A stretch of 64,000 nucleotides of DNA from Myxococcales bacterium (lineage in GTDB: Bacteria; Myxococcota; Myxococcia; Myxococcales; Anaeromyxobacteraceae). The number at the start of each line of letters is the position of its first letter. Positions within the stretch are counted from its first letter, which is position 1. Made by a program: the position numbers and the translations under genes. Location: the NCBI GenBank assembly GCA_038320275.1, contig JBBQEB010000001.1, positions 1 to 64,000 of the forward strand, in the 5' to 3' direction. Under the pieces are notes generated by a model that worked only from the letters and a program-made list of their open reading frames with translations, was not told where the DNA came from and did not search any database. Positions 1-9,047 of this stretch are shown in pieces.

Positions 1-162
1 GTGGTCGCGGTCGTGGTCGTGGTCGTGGTCGCGGTCGCGGTCGCGGTCGCGGTCGTGGTCGTGGTCGTGGTCGAGTTCGCGGTCGAGTTCGCGGTCGAGT
101 TCGCGGTCGAGTTCGCGGTCGAGTTCGCGGTCGAGTTCGCGGTCGCGCTCGCGGTCGCGGTC
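1..162. repeat. Hexamer tandem array (GNGNTC; 27 units, including 6 x GAGTTCGCGGTC), truncated at window start
   Basis: Read directly: GTGGTC/GCGGTC/GAGTTC/GCGCTC units in register from 1 to 162. Confidence 0.95.
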
Positions 163-186
163 GGCGCCCCCCTCCCAATCTCCCGG

Positions 187-840
187 CTACACCGGAAAGC
201 GGTCGATCACGTCGTTGAAGGTCACGAAGGGCATGAAGGCGATGCCTTCTCCGCGGCAGTACTCGACCAGCCTGCCCCGCGCGAAGACCGCGTCGGCCCT
301 TCTCGCCGCGCAGAGGTCGGCCGTGCCGTCGCCGATCACCGCCACGCGCAGTCCGCGGCCGCGGAGCTCGTCCACCGCCGCGCCCTTGCAGAAACCGCAG
401 CGGCCGCAGCCTCCCTTCTGCTGCTGGAAGTGCACGCGCAGTCCGTCCGGCGACGGCTCGGCCCAGTTGCAGCGAAGCTCGACGTACCGGCGCAGAGCGC
501 GCGGCAGCCGCTCCAGCACCGCCTCGATGTAGACGTCGAGGCCAGCCGAGCAGAGCACGAAGGGCGCGCCGGCGTCGCGGCAGGCCTCGAGGAAGCGCTC
601 GAAGCCTGGGCGGAGCTCGGCCGTCTGTCGCGCGAACGCCTGCAGCTCCTCGCGGCTGGCCGTCACCGGCGCGAACATGTTGGAGATGAGCTGGCTGAAC
701 CGAAGCTCGCCCGACGCGTAGCGGTCCTCCTCGGCGCGCCAGTGCGCGAAGCCGGCGAACGCCACCGCCACCTCGTCCCCGATGTCGCGCGTCACCGCCG
801 TGCCGTCGAAGTCGCACAGCACTGCCCAGCCCGCTCTCAT
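187..840 (-). CDS. HAD-IB phosphatase, MtnX-like
   Basis: Motif I CDFDGT, Cys motif CGRCGFCK, IGDGTADL; ATG at 840 overlaps the upstream stop. Confidence 0.85.
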   Translation of the reverse strand: MRAGWAVLCDFDGTAVTRDIGDEVAVAFAGFAHWRAEEDRYASGELRFSQLISNMFAPVTASREELQAFARQTAELRPGFERFLEACRDAGAPFVLCSAGLDVYIEAVLERLPRALRRYVELRCNWAEPSPDGLRVHFQQQKGGCGRCGFCKGAAVDELRGRGLRVAVIGDGTADLCAARRADAVFARGRLVEYCRGEGIAFMPFVTFNDVIDRFPV

Positions 841-1781
841 GTCGCCTCTCCGAATCTGTCGTGCACGAGCCCCCAGCGTACCCCGCGGTCCGACACCGTG
901 AGCCGCTCGAAGCCCAGCGTCCTCATCGCCTCCAGCACGATGGCGCATCCGGCCACGATGACGTCCGACCGCTTGGGCTCCATTCCGGGAAGCGCTGCCC
1001 GATCGGCCGTGGTGAGCGCTCCCAACCTCGCGAAGAGGCCCTCCACCTCGCCGCGACCGAGCTGTGCGCCGTGGACCACGCCCGCGTCGTAAACCGGGAG
1101 CTCCCTCGCCACCGCCGCGAGGGTCGTCACCGTCCCCGCCACGCCCACCAGCCGGGCCGGGCGTGGACCGCCGTCGATCAGCGCCGGCGCCGGTCGAAGC
1201 GCCTCGGACGCCTCTGCGCGCAAGCGGGCGAGCTCCTCCGGCCGCGGCGGATCGGATGGGGCGACCCGCTCGGTGAGGCGCACCGCTCCGAGCTGCAGGC
1301 TGCGGCGTGCGCGGGGGACAGGGCCATCGCCCACCACCAGCTCGGTGGAGCCGCCGCCCACGTCGAGCACCGCCAAGCCCCCCGGCGCGGCGCCACCGAA
1401 GTCGCGCCAGGCGCTCGTCCAGACGAGGCGCGCCTCTTCCTCGCCGCTCACCACCTCCGGCGTGAGGCCCGCCCGCTCCTGGGCGGCGGTGAAGAAGGCC
1501 TCGCCGTTCCGCGCGTCGCGCGCGGCGCTGGTGGCGACGCAGGCGATCCCCTCCGCGCCCAGTGCCCGGGCCTCGGTGGCGTAGCGGGCGAGCACCTCCA
1601 CCGTCCGCTCGATGGCGGCGGGGTCGAGCGTGCCCGCCCGATCCACTCCCTGGCCCAGGCGCGTGATCTCGGCGCGCTCCACGATCGCGGCGAGCCCCTT
1701 CGGGCGCCGCTCCACCACCAGCAGCAGCACGGTGTTCGTGCCGACGTCGATGGCGGCGAAACGCCCGTTCAGCGGGGCCAT
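837..1781 (-). CDS. ppx: Ppx/GppA family exopolyphosphatase
   Basis: AAIDVGTNT, ATSAARDARN, EEEARL, LDVGGGSTE, GVRWG motifs. Confidence 0.9.
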   Translation of the reverse strand: MAPLNGRFAAIDVGTNTVLLLVVERRPKGLAAIVERAEITRLGQGVDRAGTLDPAAIERTVEVLARYATEARALGAEGIACVATSAARDARNGEAFFTAAQERAGLTPEVVSGEEEARLVWTSAWRDFGGAAPGGLAVLDVGGGSTELVVGDGPVPRARRSLQLGAVRLTERVAPSDPPRPEELARLRAEASEALRPAPALIDGGPRPARLVGVAGTVTTLAAVARELPVYDAGVVHGAQLGRGEVEGLFARLGALTTADRAALPGMEPKRSDVIVAGCAIVLEAMRTLGFERLTVSDRGVRWGLVHDRFGEAT

Positions 1782-1788
1782 CGGGCGC

Positions 1789-3090
1789 TCACCGCTCCGC
1801 CGCCGGCAGGGGCCCCCAGGCCGGCGTCATGAGCTCCGCGGCCTCGTGGGTGATGGGCGTCTGGCGGTCGCCGGTGGGGCTCGAGACGATGAGCTGCGGC
1901 CTGCCGCCGCGGTCGCTGGTGAAGGCCAGGAGCCGTCCGCTGGGCGACCAGGTGGGCTCCTCGTTGGTGCGCCCCTGATCCTGCGTGACGCGCTGGATCT
2001 TCCCGCTCTCGGGCGAGACGGTGAAGACGTCGAACACCTTGCGCTCGTCGCGAGCCGTGAAGGCGATGAGGTCGCCGCGCGGGCTCCAGCGAGGCGTCTG
2101 GTTGTAGTTTCCCTGAAACGTGAGCCGCCGCTGACCGGAACCGTCGGCGTTCATGACGTAGAGGTGCGGGTTGCCGGTGCGCGCCGACACGAAGCAGATG
2201 CGGCGTCCGTCGGGCGACCAGGTGGGCGACCCGTCGATGCCCGGATCGGTGGTGAGGCGCCGGGCTCCGGTCCCATCGGCGTTGGCCACCCACACGTCGG
2301 AGTTGCCGTTCTGCGAGGCGGTGAAGGCGATCTGCCGCCCGTCTGGCGAGTAGACACCGCCGGTGGTGAGCTCTCCCACCGCGAGCAGGCGTCGCGGCGT
2401 ACGGCTCCCCAGCTCCAGGGTCCACAGCTCGGGCCGGCCCTGCCGGTACGAGGTGAAGATCACCGCCCGCCCGTCGGGCCGCCAGGAGGGGAGCAACATG
2501 AGGCCGGTGTCGCGGTAGAGGACCTCGGATCCCAGCCCGTCCACGTCGTAGGCCACCAGCTCGCGGCCCGCGCGCGTGCGGCGGAGCGCCAGCACCCGCG
2601 AGGTAAAGGGCCCGGGCTCGCGCGTGTAGAACTGGAGGATGGCGTCCGCGGCGCGGTGGGCGAGCGAGCGCGCAGACCCGTCGGACCCCCGCCAGCTCTG
2701 CGTCAGCACCTCCCGGCCCGAGCGCACCTCGAAGAGGTGGATCTCCAGGGACAGCTCCCCCGGCGCCTTGCGCGCGAGCCCCTTCACGAGCCCGTCGGCG
2801 CCCACGTCGGCCCAGCGACTGAAGCGGATGGTGGGCGCGGTGATCCCTTCCGCGGGGTCGGCCAGGAAGCCGCGAGGATCGAGCACGTCGAACACGCCCG
2901 AGAGCGTGAGGTCGCCGCGCAGCGTGGTGATGATGTCGGCCGCCTCCCGTCCGGCGCCGCCGTCGGCGCGGAGCTGCGCGACGGCTATGGGGAGCGGCCG
3001 GAAGTTGGGCGAGCCGATCTCGATGTAGGTGCGCTGGGCGGAGGCGGCGACGGGGGCGAGCAGCCGGAGGAGGGCGATGGCTCTTGTCAT
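1789..3090 (-). CDS. tolB: Tol-Pal beta-propeller protein TolB
   Basis: Signal peptide, TolB N-domain, repeated WSPDG/PD40 motifs; follows tolQRA. Confidence 0.9.
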   Translation of the reverse strand: MTRAIALLRLLAPVAASAQRTYIEIGSPNFRPLPIAVAQLRADGGAGREAADIITTLRGDLTLSGVFDVLDPRGFLADPAEGITAPTIRFSRWADVGADGLVKGLARKAPGELSLEIHLFEVRSGREVLTQSWRGSDGSARSLAHRAADAILQFYTREPGPFTSRVLALRRTRAGRELVAYDVDGLGSEVLYRDTGLMLLPSWRPDGRAVIFTSYRQGRPELWTLELGSRTPRRLLAVGELTTGGVYSPDGRQIAFTASQNGNSDVWVANADGTGARRLTTDPGIDGSPTWSPDGRRICFVSARTGNPHLYVMNADGSGQRRLTFQGNYNQTPRWSPRGDLIAFTARDERKVFDVFTVSPESGKIQRVTQDQGRTNEEPTWSPSGRLLAFTSDRGGRPQLIVSSPTGDRQTPITHEAAELMTPAWGPLPAAER

Positions 3091-3896
3091 GGTCGGTAGA
3101 CGACGCCCAGCCCCTCGGTGCGGTACTTCGCGCGCATGGGGGCTGGCGGTGGGGGAAGGCGCGCGGCGCGGATGGCGCGGTCGAGCGCGGCGTCGAAGGC
3201 GCCGTTGCCGCTCCGGCTCTCGAACTCGTGGCGCAACACGCGCCCGTCCGCGTCGATGTAGAGGAGCACGGTCGCCTTGAGGTGCAGGCGGTCGCGCTCG
3301 GAGATGGTGGAGGGCAGCGTGTACGTGTCGCGCAGGGTGCGCTCCACCAGCGCCAGGTACTCGTCGCCGGCGGTCGCCTCGCTGGCGTCGCCCCGCGGGT
3401 CGCCGTTGGGGTCCCCGTAGACGGGCCCGGAGAGCGCCTGATCGCGCCGAACCTTCGACAGCGCGGAGGCGAGCACGTCGGTGCGCGGCGAGCCGGAGGG
3501 CGGGCGCGAAGACGGCGGGGAGGGCCTGGGCTTGGCGGCGGGAGGCGGCTTCTTTGCGGGAGTCGGCACCGCCATGCGGGAAGGGGCGGGCGCCGGCGCG
3601 GCCTTGGCCGCCGGAGCGGGTGGCGTCGGGGCAGGGGCGGGCGGCGCGGGGGAGGGCTCGGCGGCCGGAGGCGGCGGTGCGGCTTCCTTGCGCGGCAGGA
3701 AGTGTTCCGGCCGCTTCTCGCCGAGCCGCACCAGCTTGGCCACGATCGGCTTCTGGTCGAGGTTCACGATGGGCTGTGGCCGCTCGAACAGGGCGAGCGT
3801 GATGAGGGCCGCATGCACCAGGAGCGATGCCATCACCACCGGCAGGAGCCGGTCACGCCGCCCGTAGAGCGGGCTCAGGGCCAGCGATCCCGTCAC
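3087..3896 (-). CDS. tolA: TolA/TonB family energy transducer
   Basis: TM segment with SLLVH (SxxxH), Pro/Ala-rich linker, C-terminal SGNGAFDAALDRAI domain; lies between tolR and tolB. Confidence 0.85.
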   Translation of the reverse strand: MTGSLALSPLYGRRDRLLPVVMASLLVHAALITLALFERPQPIVNLDQKPIVAKLVRLGEKRPEHFLPRKEAAPPPPAAEPSPAPPAPAPTPPAPAAKAAPAPAPSRMAVPTPAKKPPPAAKPRPSPPSSRPPSGSPRTDVLASALSKVRRDQALSGPVYGDPNGDPRGDASEATAGDEYLALVERTLRDTYTLPSTISERDRLHLKATVLLYIDADGRVLRHEFESRSGNGAFDAALDRAIRAARLPPPPAPMRAKYRTEGLGVVYRP

Positions 3897-4348
3897 CGGG
3901 CTCCGCCCTCCTTCTCACCGCTGTCCTTCTGGGAGGGGTTCGTGATCATCCCGAGGTTGGTGACGCCGGCGCGCTGGACCGCGGCCATGATCTCGACCAC
4001 GTAGCCGTAGGGCAGCGCGCGGTCCGCCATGAGGTAGAGCTCGTGGTCGCGCGCCACGCGCACGTTGCCGCGGAGCTTCGCCTCCAGCTCGTCGAGCTCG
4101 AGCCGGGCGGGCGCATCGCCGGTGCCGAACCAGATCGACTTGTCGGCCTTGACCGACAGGATGAGCTTCTCATCCTCGGACTTCACCGGCTCGGCGCGCG
4201 CCTCGGGCAGCTTCACCTCCACGCCCTGCTGGATGAGCGGCGCGGTGACCATGAAGATGATGAGCAGCACCAGCATCACGTCGACGAGCGGCGTGACGTT
4301 GATCTCGGTGAGCGTCTGGCGGCCGGAGCCGCTCGTGCCGATGGCCAT
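3893..4348 (-). CDS. tolR: TolR/ExbD
   Basis: EINVTPLVDVMLVLLIIFMVTAP; ADRALPYG. Confidence 0.92.
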   Translation of the reverse strand: MAIGTSGSGRQTLTEINVTPLVDVMLVLLIIFMVTAPLIQQGVEVKLPEARAEPVKSEDEKLILSVKADKSIWFGTGDAPARLELDELEAKLRGNVRVARDHELYLMADRALPYGYVVEIMAAVQRAGVTNLGMITNPSQKDSGEKEGGAR

Positions 4349-4366
4349 GGTGGACGGGCCGGGTGC

Positions 4367-5110
4367 CTAGCTGAAGAAGTGGCGGCGGACGATGTTGAGG
4401 AAGTCGTTCGAGAAGTTCGCCATCTCGCTGTCCAGCACCCGGATGCGCGACACGAAGTAGTTGTAGGCGACCACCGCCGGGATGGCCGCCGCGAGGCCGA
4501 AGGCGGTCGCGATGAGCGCCTCGCTGATGGGCTTCGCCACCGTCGCGAGGTTGGCGTTGCCCATTTGGTAGATGTCGTTGAAGGCCCGCATGATTCCCCA
4601 GACGGTGCCGAAGAGCCCCACGAACGGCGCGGCGCTGGCGGTGGTCCCGAGGAAGGGCACCGTGGCCTCGAGGTGCGTCACCTCGGCCGCGGCGGCCCGC
4701 TTGAGCGCTCGCTCCACGTTCTCGATGCCGCCGAGCTGCTCGCTCATGGCGTCCTCGCCCTCCTTCTTCTGTGAGGCGGTGACCTTGGAGAGCTCGACGT
4801 ACCCGGCGCGGAAGACCTGGCTCACGGGGGACGCGGAGAGCGCCTCGGCCGCCTGGTAGATGGCGTCGAGGCGCTTCGACTGCCAGAAGGTCTCCAGGAA
4901 GCGGAGCGACTGCCCCTGTGCGCGGCGCAGGTGCAGCCACTTCTTCACGATGATGGCCCAGGACACCACCGAGGCCAGGATGAGCACGAGGAGGACGCCC
5001 ATCACCACCGGCCCGGAGTGGGTGACGATCTCCATGTAGTCGAGATCGCCGCCCTTGGCGGGAGCGCCGAGGGAGAGCGACAGGGAGGCGGTGTGCGGTA
5101 GGAAGTGCAT
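4367..5110 (-). CDS. tolQ: TolQ/ExbB/MotA proton channel
   Basis: LGTTASAAPFVGLFGTVWGIM, ISEALIATAFGLAAAIPAV; start at 5110 (ATG) or 5119 (GTG). Confidence 0.92.
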   Translation of the reverse strand: MHFLPHTASLSLSLGAPAKGGDLDYMEIVTHSGPVVMGVLLVLILASVVSWAIIVKKWLHLRRAQGQSLRFLETFWQSKRLDAIYQAAEALSASPVSQVFRAGYVELSKVTASQKKEGEDAMSEQLGGIENVERALKRAAAAEVTHLEATVPFLGTTASAAPFVGLFGTVWGIMRAFNDIYQMGNANLATVAKPISEALIATAFGLAAAIPAVVAYNYFVSRIRVLDSEMANFSNDFLNIVRRHFFS

Positions 5111-5283
5111 CAATCTCACGCAAGTCGTGGAAAAGCTGGATGTTTAGCACGCGATATCGCGACCGTCCAAGAAGCGGCCAGGAGAGAGCGGATCGCGCCC
5201 GGAGGTGTGCGCCGCCGGCAACGGCCGTGCGCGGCGGGCGACAGCGCTCCTGAATAAAAGAGCCTCCTGGCGCGACCGTTCCC

Positions 5284-5299
5284 TGGCATGTGGGTTGCT
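5284..5299 (+). promoter_or_regulatory. Sigma54 -24/-12 promoter
   Basis: TGGCATG-TGGG-TTGCT fits TGGCACG-N4-TTGCW, 70 bp upstream of the lipoprotein ATG. Confidence 0.75.
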
Positions 5300-5303
5300 G
5301 CAT

Positions 5304-5331
5304 CCGAGACCCGAGACCCGAGACCCGAGAC
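5304..5331. repeat. Heptamer tandem repeat (CCGAGAC)x4
   Basis: Read directly. Confidence 0.9.
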
Positions 5332-5369
5332 CGAGCCGAAACGCACCGCGCCGGAACCGAGGAACCATC

Positions 5370-6137
5370 ATGAACCGCACCATCGCGCTCCTGGCCACCG
5401 CCTCCCTCGCCGCCGCGGGCTGCACCTCGCGCCAGTGCGACGTGCCCAGCGTGAACGTCTACTGGAGCTTCACCGACGCCACCGGCCACGCCTTGGGCTG
5501 CACGGGAGCCGGCGTTGCCAGCATCCGCCTCTTCGTGGACGGCACCGCCGCCGACCCGAGCACGCCCGACTTCGCCTGCGCACCGTACGGCAACGGTGTG
5601 GAGGGCATCACCCTGCTCGACTTCCAGGGGGGCAGCACCCACAGCCTCCAGGTCGAGGGGTACGACGCGAACGGGGCGCTCCTCTACCTCGACCAGCGCT
5701 CCTTCACGGTGGGGAACAATTGCGGCTCCACCGACGTGTACGCGAACCTCGCCTCCCAGGCGGCCGACATGACCGTGAGCTACGCCTTCCGCCCCGCCGC
5801 AGGCTGCACCCCGGTCACCGCGCAGAGCGCCTACGACACGACCTTCATCTGGTACGAGCTCGTCGACCAGAACGGGCAGGTGTACTCCACCTCCAACCAG
5901 GCCTCGTCCCCCAACGCGATTCCGTGCTCCGCAGGCGGCGCGATCCAGTTCCAGGGCGCGCCGTTCGGGCAGTACAACCTCACCCGCATCGAGGAGGTGG
6001 AGCTCCTCGCCGACGGGCGGCGCATCATCTACCACTACAACTGCCAGCCGCAGACCCTCAACCATCTCCAGGCGGGCGACGACTTCGTGGTCACGATGGT
6101 CCAGCAGGCGGCGGGAGGCGTCGCGACGTGCTTCTGA
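5370..6137 (+). CDS. Cys-rich hypothetical lipoprotein with two related beta-rich domains
   Basis: GAGGAA RBS; MNRTIALLATASLAAAG-C lipobox; 9 Cys. Confidence 0.8.
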   Translation: MNRTIALLATASLAAAGCTSRQCDVPSVNVYWSFTDATGHALGCTGAGVASIRLFVDGTAADPSTPDFACAPYGNGVEGITLLDFQGGSTHSLQVEGYDANGALLYLDQRSFTVGNNCGSTDVYANLASQAADMTVSYAFRPAAGCTPVTAQSAYDTTFIWYELVDQNGQVYSTSNQASSPNAIPCSAGGAIQFQGAPFGQYNLTRIEEVELLADGRRIIYHYNCQPQTLNHLQAGDDFVVTMVQQAAGGVATCF

Positions 6138-6168
6138 CGGTGGTGCGAGCCCGGTGGTAGAAACCCGC

Positions 6169-6948
6169 GTGCGGACGATCGGCATCTTCGACTCCGGCGT
6201 GGGCGGCCTCACCGTGCAGCGCGCGATCCTGGAAGCGCTGCCCGGCCTCTCGACGATCTACCTCGGCGACACGGCCCGCGTGCCTTACGGGTCGAAGTCG
6301 CCCGAGGTGGTGACCCAGTACGCGCTGCGGAACGCGCGCTTCCTGGTGGCGCGCGAGATCGAGCTCCTGGTCGTCGCCTGCAACACCGCCTCCGCGGTGG
6401 CCATCCCGGCGCTGCGCGCCGAGCTCCGCGTGGGGGTGCTGGGGGTCGTGGAGCCGGGCGCGGCGGCGGCGGCACTCGCCACGCGTTCGGGCCGCATCGG
6501 CGTCATCGGAACGCCCAGCACCATCGCCTCCGGCGCCTATCAGCGCGCCCTCGCGGCGGCGCGGCCCGGCGCGGAGGTGCTGGCGCTCGCCTGTCCACTG
6601 TTCGTGCCGCTGGCCGAGGAGGGCTGGACCGACCCGGAGGACGAGGTGGTGCGCGCGGTGGCCCGCCGGTACCTCCTGCCGTTCGTGAAGGCGCGGGTCG
6701 ACACGCTGGTGCTCGGCTGCACGCATTACCCGCTGCTCCGCGAGGCCATCGCGCGCGAGCTGCCCGGGGTGGCGCTCGTCGATAGTGCCGCGGCCATCGC
6801 GGCGGAGGTGGCGGCGCGAATACCGCTCGCGCCGGGAGAGCTCGGCGCGCACCGCTTCTACGTCACCGACACGCCCGGCCGCTTCCTCGCCGTGGCGGAG
6901 CGCTTCCTGGGGCGCGCCGTCGCCTCCGCGGAGCAGGTGGACATTTGA
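6169..6948 (+). CDS. murI: Glutamate racemase
   Basis: IGIFDSGVGGLTV, PYGSKS, VACNTAS, LGCTHYPLL. Confidence 0.95.
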   Translation: MRTIGIFDSGVGGLTVQRAILEALPGLSTIYLGDTARVPYGSKSPEVVTQYALRNARFLVAREIELLVVACNTASAVAIPALRAELRVGVLGVVEPGAAAAALATRSGRIGVIGTPSTIASGAYQRALAAARPGAEVLALACPLFVPLAEEGWTDPEDEVVRAVARRYLLPFVKARVDTLVLGCTHYPLLREAIARELPGVALVDSAAAIAAEVAARIPLAPGELGAHRFYVTDTPGRFLAVAERFLGRAVASAEQVDI

Positions 6949-7009
6949 TCCGAAAGGGCCCGGGCTATTCTGGACAACCCAGCGAGCCGTCCGGTACGTT
7001 CCGTGAGCG

Positions 7010-7471
7010 ATGGTCCGAGGCTTCAACCACAACGTCAAGCATCGCGCGCAGCTCCATCATGTGCAGACCGAGGACTCGGGCCCCGGCAACGCGGTCATCA
7101 CCACGCATCTCTTCATCGGCGGCAACATCCTCGCCACCGCCAGGAAGTCCTACCGCGAGCTCATCGGGGCCGAGAACCTCGCGGAGCTCGTGCGGAAGGC
7201 GATGGAGGAGCAGCACAAGGAGATGCTGCGCAACCTCGTGAACGGGGTCTACGACGCGCACGCGGACGCGCTCGCGGCGCAGGCCCGGTCCTACCAGCCA
7301 GGCCAGCTCGCGCCGGCTGCCGCCTCGGGACCCATCGACGCTCCGGCCACCCCGCCTCCAGCCGTCCAGCGTCCGCCGCCGCTTCCTTCCCGGGCGGCGC
7401 AGCCCCCCACCAGCCCCGACGCGCCGCCCGTGCTCCAGCGGGTGAAGCCTCCCGAGCCGAAGAAAACGTAG
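7010..7471 (+). CDS. Hypothetical protein (GFNHNVKH...HVQTEDSG domain with Pro-rich tail)
   Basis: GC3-biased codons; its stop overlaps the ftsE start (TAGTG). Confidence 0.75.
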   Translation: MVRGFNHNVKHRAQLHHVQTEDSGPGNAVITTHLFIGGNILATARKSYRELIGAENLAELVRKAMEEQHKEMLRNLVNGVYDAHADALAAQARSYQPGQLAPAAASGPIDAPATPPPAVQRPPPLPSRAAQPPTSPDAPPVLQRVKPPEPKKT

Positions 7472-8157
7472 TGCTCCAGCTCCTGAAGGTGACCAAGCGC
7501 TACCCGGGGGAGAAGCCGTCGATCGACGGCGTCACCCTCGCCCTGAGGAAGGGGGAGTTCGCGTTCCTCACCGGCCCTTCGGGCGCGGGCAAGTCGACGC
7601 TCATGCGCCTCGTGGTGGCGGCGGAGCGCCCCACGAGTGGCAAGGTGCTCGTCCTCGGCCGCGACGTCTCCCGCACCTCGGCTCGCCAGGTGCCTTATCT
7701 GCGCCGCGCCATGGGCGTCGTCTTCCAGGATTTCAAGCTCCTCACCCACCGGACCGCCGCCGAGAACATCGCGGCGCCACTGGAGGTGCGCGGCGTGCCC
7801 CGGAGCGAGGTCCGGCGCCGGGTGGAGAAGGCCCTGCGAGGCGTGGGGCTGGAGCTCAAGGGCGACAAGTTCCCGCCGGCCCTGTCGGGGGGTGAGCAGC
7901 AGCGCGTGGCCGTGGCGCGGGCGCTGGTGGGCGACCCGGCGCTCCTCCTCGCCGATGAGCCCACCGGCAACCTCGACCCCGAGCGGACGCTGGAGGTGAT
8001 GGAGCTTCTCCACGCGGCCCACGCCCGTGGCACGACCGTGCTCGTCGCCACCCACGACCGCAGCCTGCTGGAGAGGTTCACGCGCCGTGTCATCGCGCTC
8101 GACGCCGGCCGCGTCGTGTCGGACGGGCTGGGGCTGCCCAGGGGGGCGCCAGCGTGA
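7471..8157 (+). CDS. ftsE: Cell division ABC ATPase FtsE
   Basis: GPSGAGKS, GVVFQDFKLL, LSGGEQQRVAVARA, ADEPTGNLD; precedes ftsX. Confidence 0.92.
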   Translation: MLQLLKVTKRYPGEKPSIDGVTLALRKGEFAFLTGPSGAGKSTLMRLVVAAERPTSGKVLVLGRDVSRTSARQVPYLRRAMGVVFQDFKLLTHRTAAENIAAPLEVRGVPRSEVRRRVEKALRGVGLELKGDKFPPALSGGEQQRVAVARALVGDPALLLADEPTGNLDPERTLEVMELLHAAHARGTTVLVATHDRSLLERFTRRVIALDAGRVVSDGLGLPRGAPA

Positions 8158-9047
8158 CATCGCTCGCCGCGAGGCTCCGCTACGTCCTCCGCCGCGCGCT
8201 CGACGCCACCGTCCGGTCTCCGGTGGTGAGCGCGGTCGCGACGGTCACGCTCGCGGTCTCCCTGTTCCTCACCGGGCTGTTCGCGGCGGGGCTGCACGCA
8301 GGCGAGGCGCTCCTCGCGGCGTGGGCGGGCGAGGTCCGGATCTCGATCGATGTCGATCCGGCGGTCGACCTCCAGGCGGCGCGCGCTGCGGCGGCGGCCC
8401 TGGCGCCTGGGCTCGCGGTGGAGGCGGTGCCTGCGGCCGAGGCGCTGCGGCGGTTTCGCGAGGCGCTCGGTCCGGACGCGGCGCTGGCCGACGGCCTCGG
8501 GCCGGACGTGGTGCCGCCCACCATCGAGCTCCGCGCGCCGGGCCTCCGGCTGGAGCGCGCGAGGGCACTGTCGGAGCGCCTGCGAGCGGTGCCGGGGGCG
8601 CGCGGCGTCGATTACGGCGGCGCCGAGCTGGAGGCGCTGGAGCGCGCGCTGCGCACGCTGCGAAGGGTGGGCGCGCTCGTCCTCGCCGCCCTCGCCCTCG
8701 GCACCGCGGTGCTGGTGGGCAACACGCTGCGGCTGGGCGTCTTCGCACGGCGCGACGAGCTCGAGATCCTGCGTCTCGTCGGAGCGACCGGCGCCTTCGT
8801 GCGCGCGCCTTTCCTGGTGGAGGGGCTGGCTCAGGGCCTCCTCGGCGGCGCTGCGGCCGCCGGCGCGCTGGCGGCGCTCGCCGCGGCCGCCGCGCCGCGC
8901 CTCCTCTCCGCGCTCGCCCTCGCAGCGCCGCTCGCCGGCCGCGATCTCGTCCCCCTCTCGCTGGCGGTCTCGCTGGTGCTGGGCGGCGGCCTCCTGGGAC
9001 TCGCGGCGAGCGCCCTCGCCGTGAGCCGTGAAGGGACGAGGCATTAG
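8154..9047 (+). CDS. ftsX: Cell division permease FtsX
   Basis: 4 TM; NTLRLGVFARRDELEILRLVGAT..FVRAPFLVEG. Confidence 0.9.
   Translation: MTSLAARLRYVLRRALDATVRSPVVSAVATVTLAVSLFLTGLFAAGLHAGEALLAAWAGEVRISIDVDPAVDLQAARAAAAALAPGLAVEAVPAAEALRRFREALGPDAALADGLGPDVVPPTIELRAPGLRLERARALSERLRAVPGARGVDYGGAELEALERALRTLRRVGALVLAALALGTAVLVGNTLRLGVFARRDELEILRLVGATGAFVRAPFLVEGLAQGLLGGAAAAGALAALAAAAAPRLLSALALAAPLAGRDLVPLSLAVSLVLGGGLLGLAASALAVSREGTRH

Noticed and set aside
1..162. Possible CRISPR array or real poly-Val/EFAV membrane protein (ORF 1..1092 +)
   Set aside because: Contiguous hexamers with no unique spacers and no cas genes; the ORF is an open frame through the repeat, antisense to real genes.
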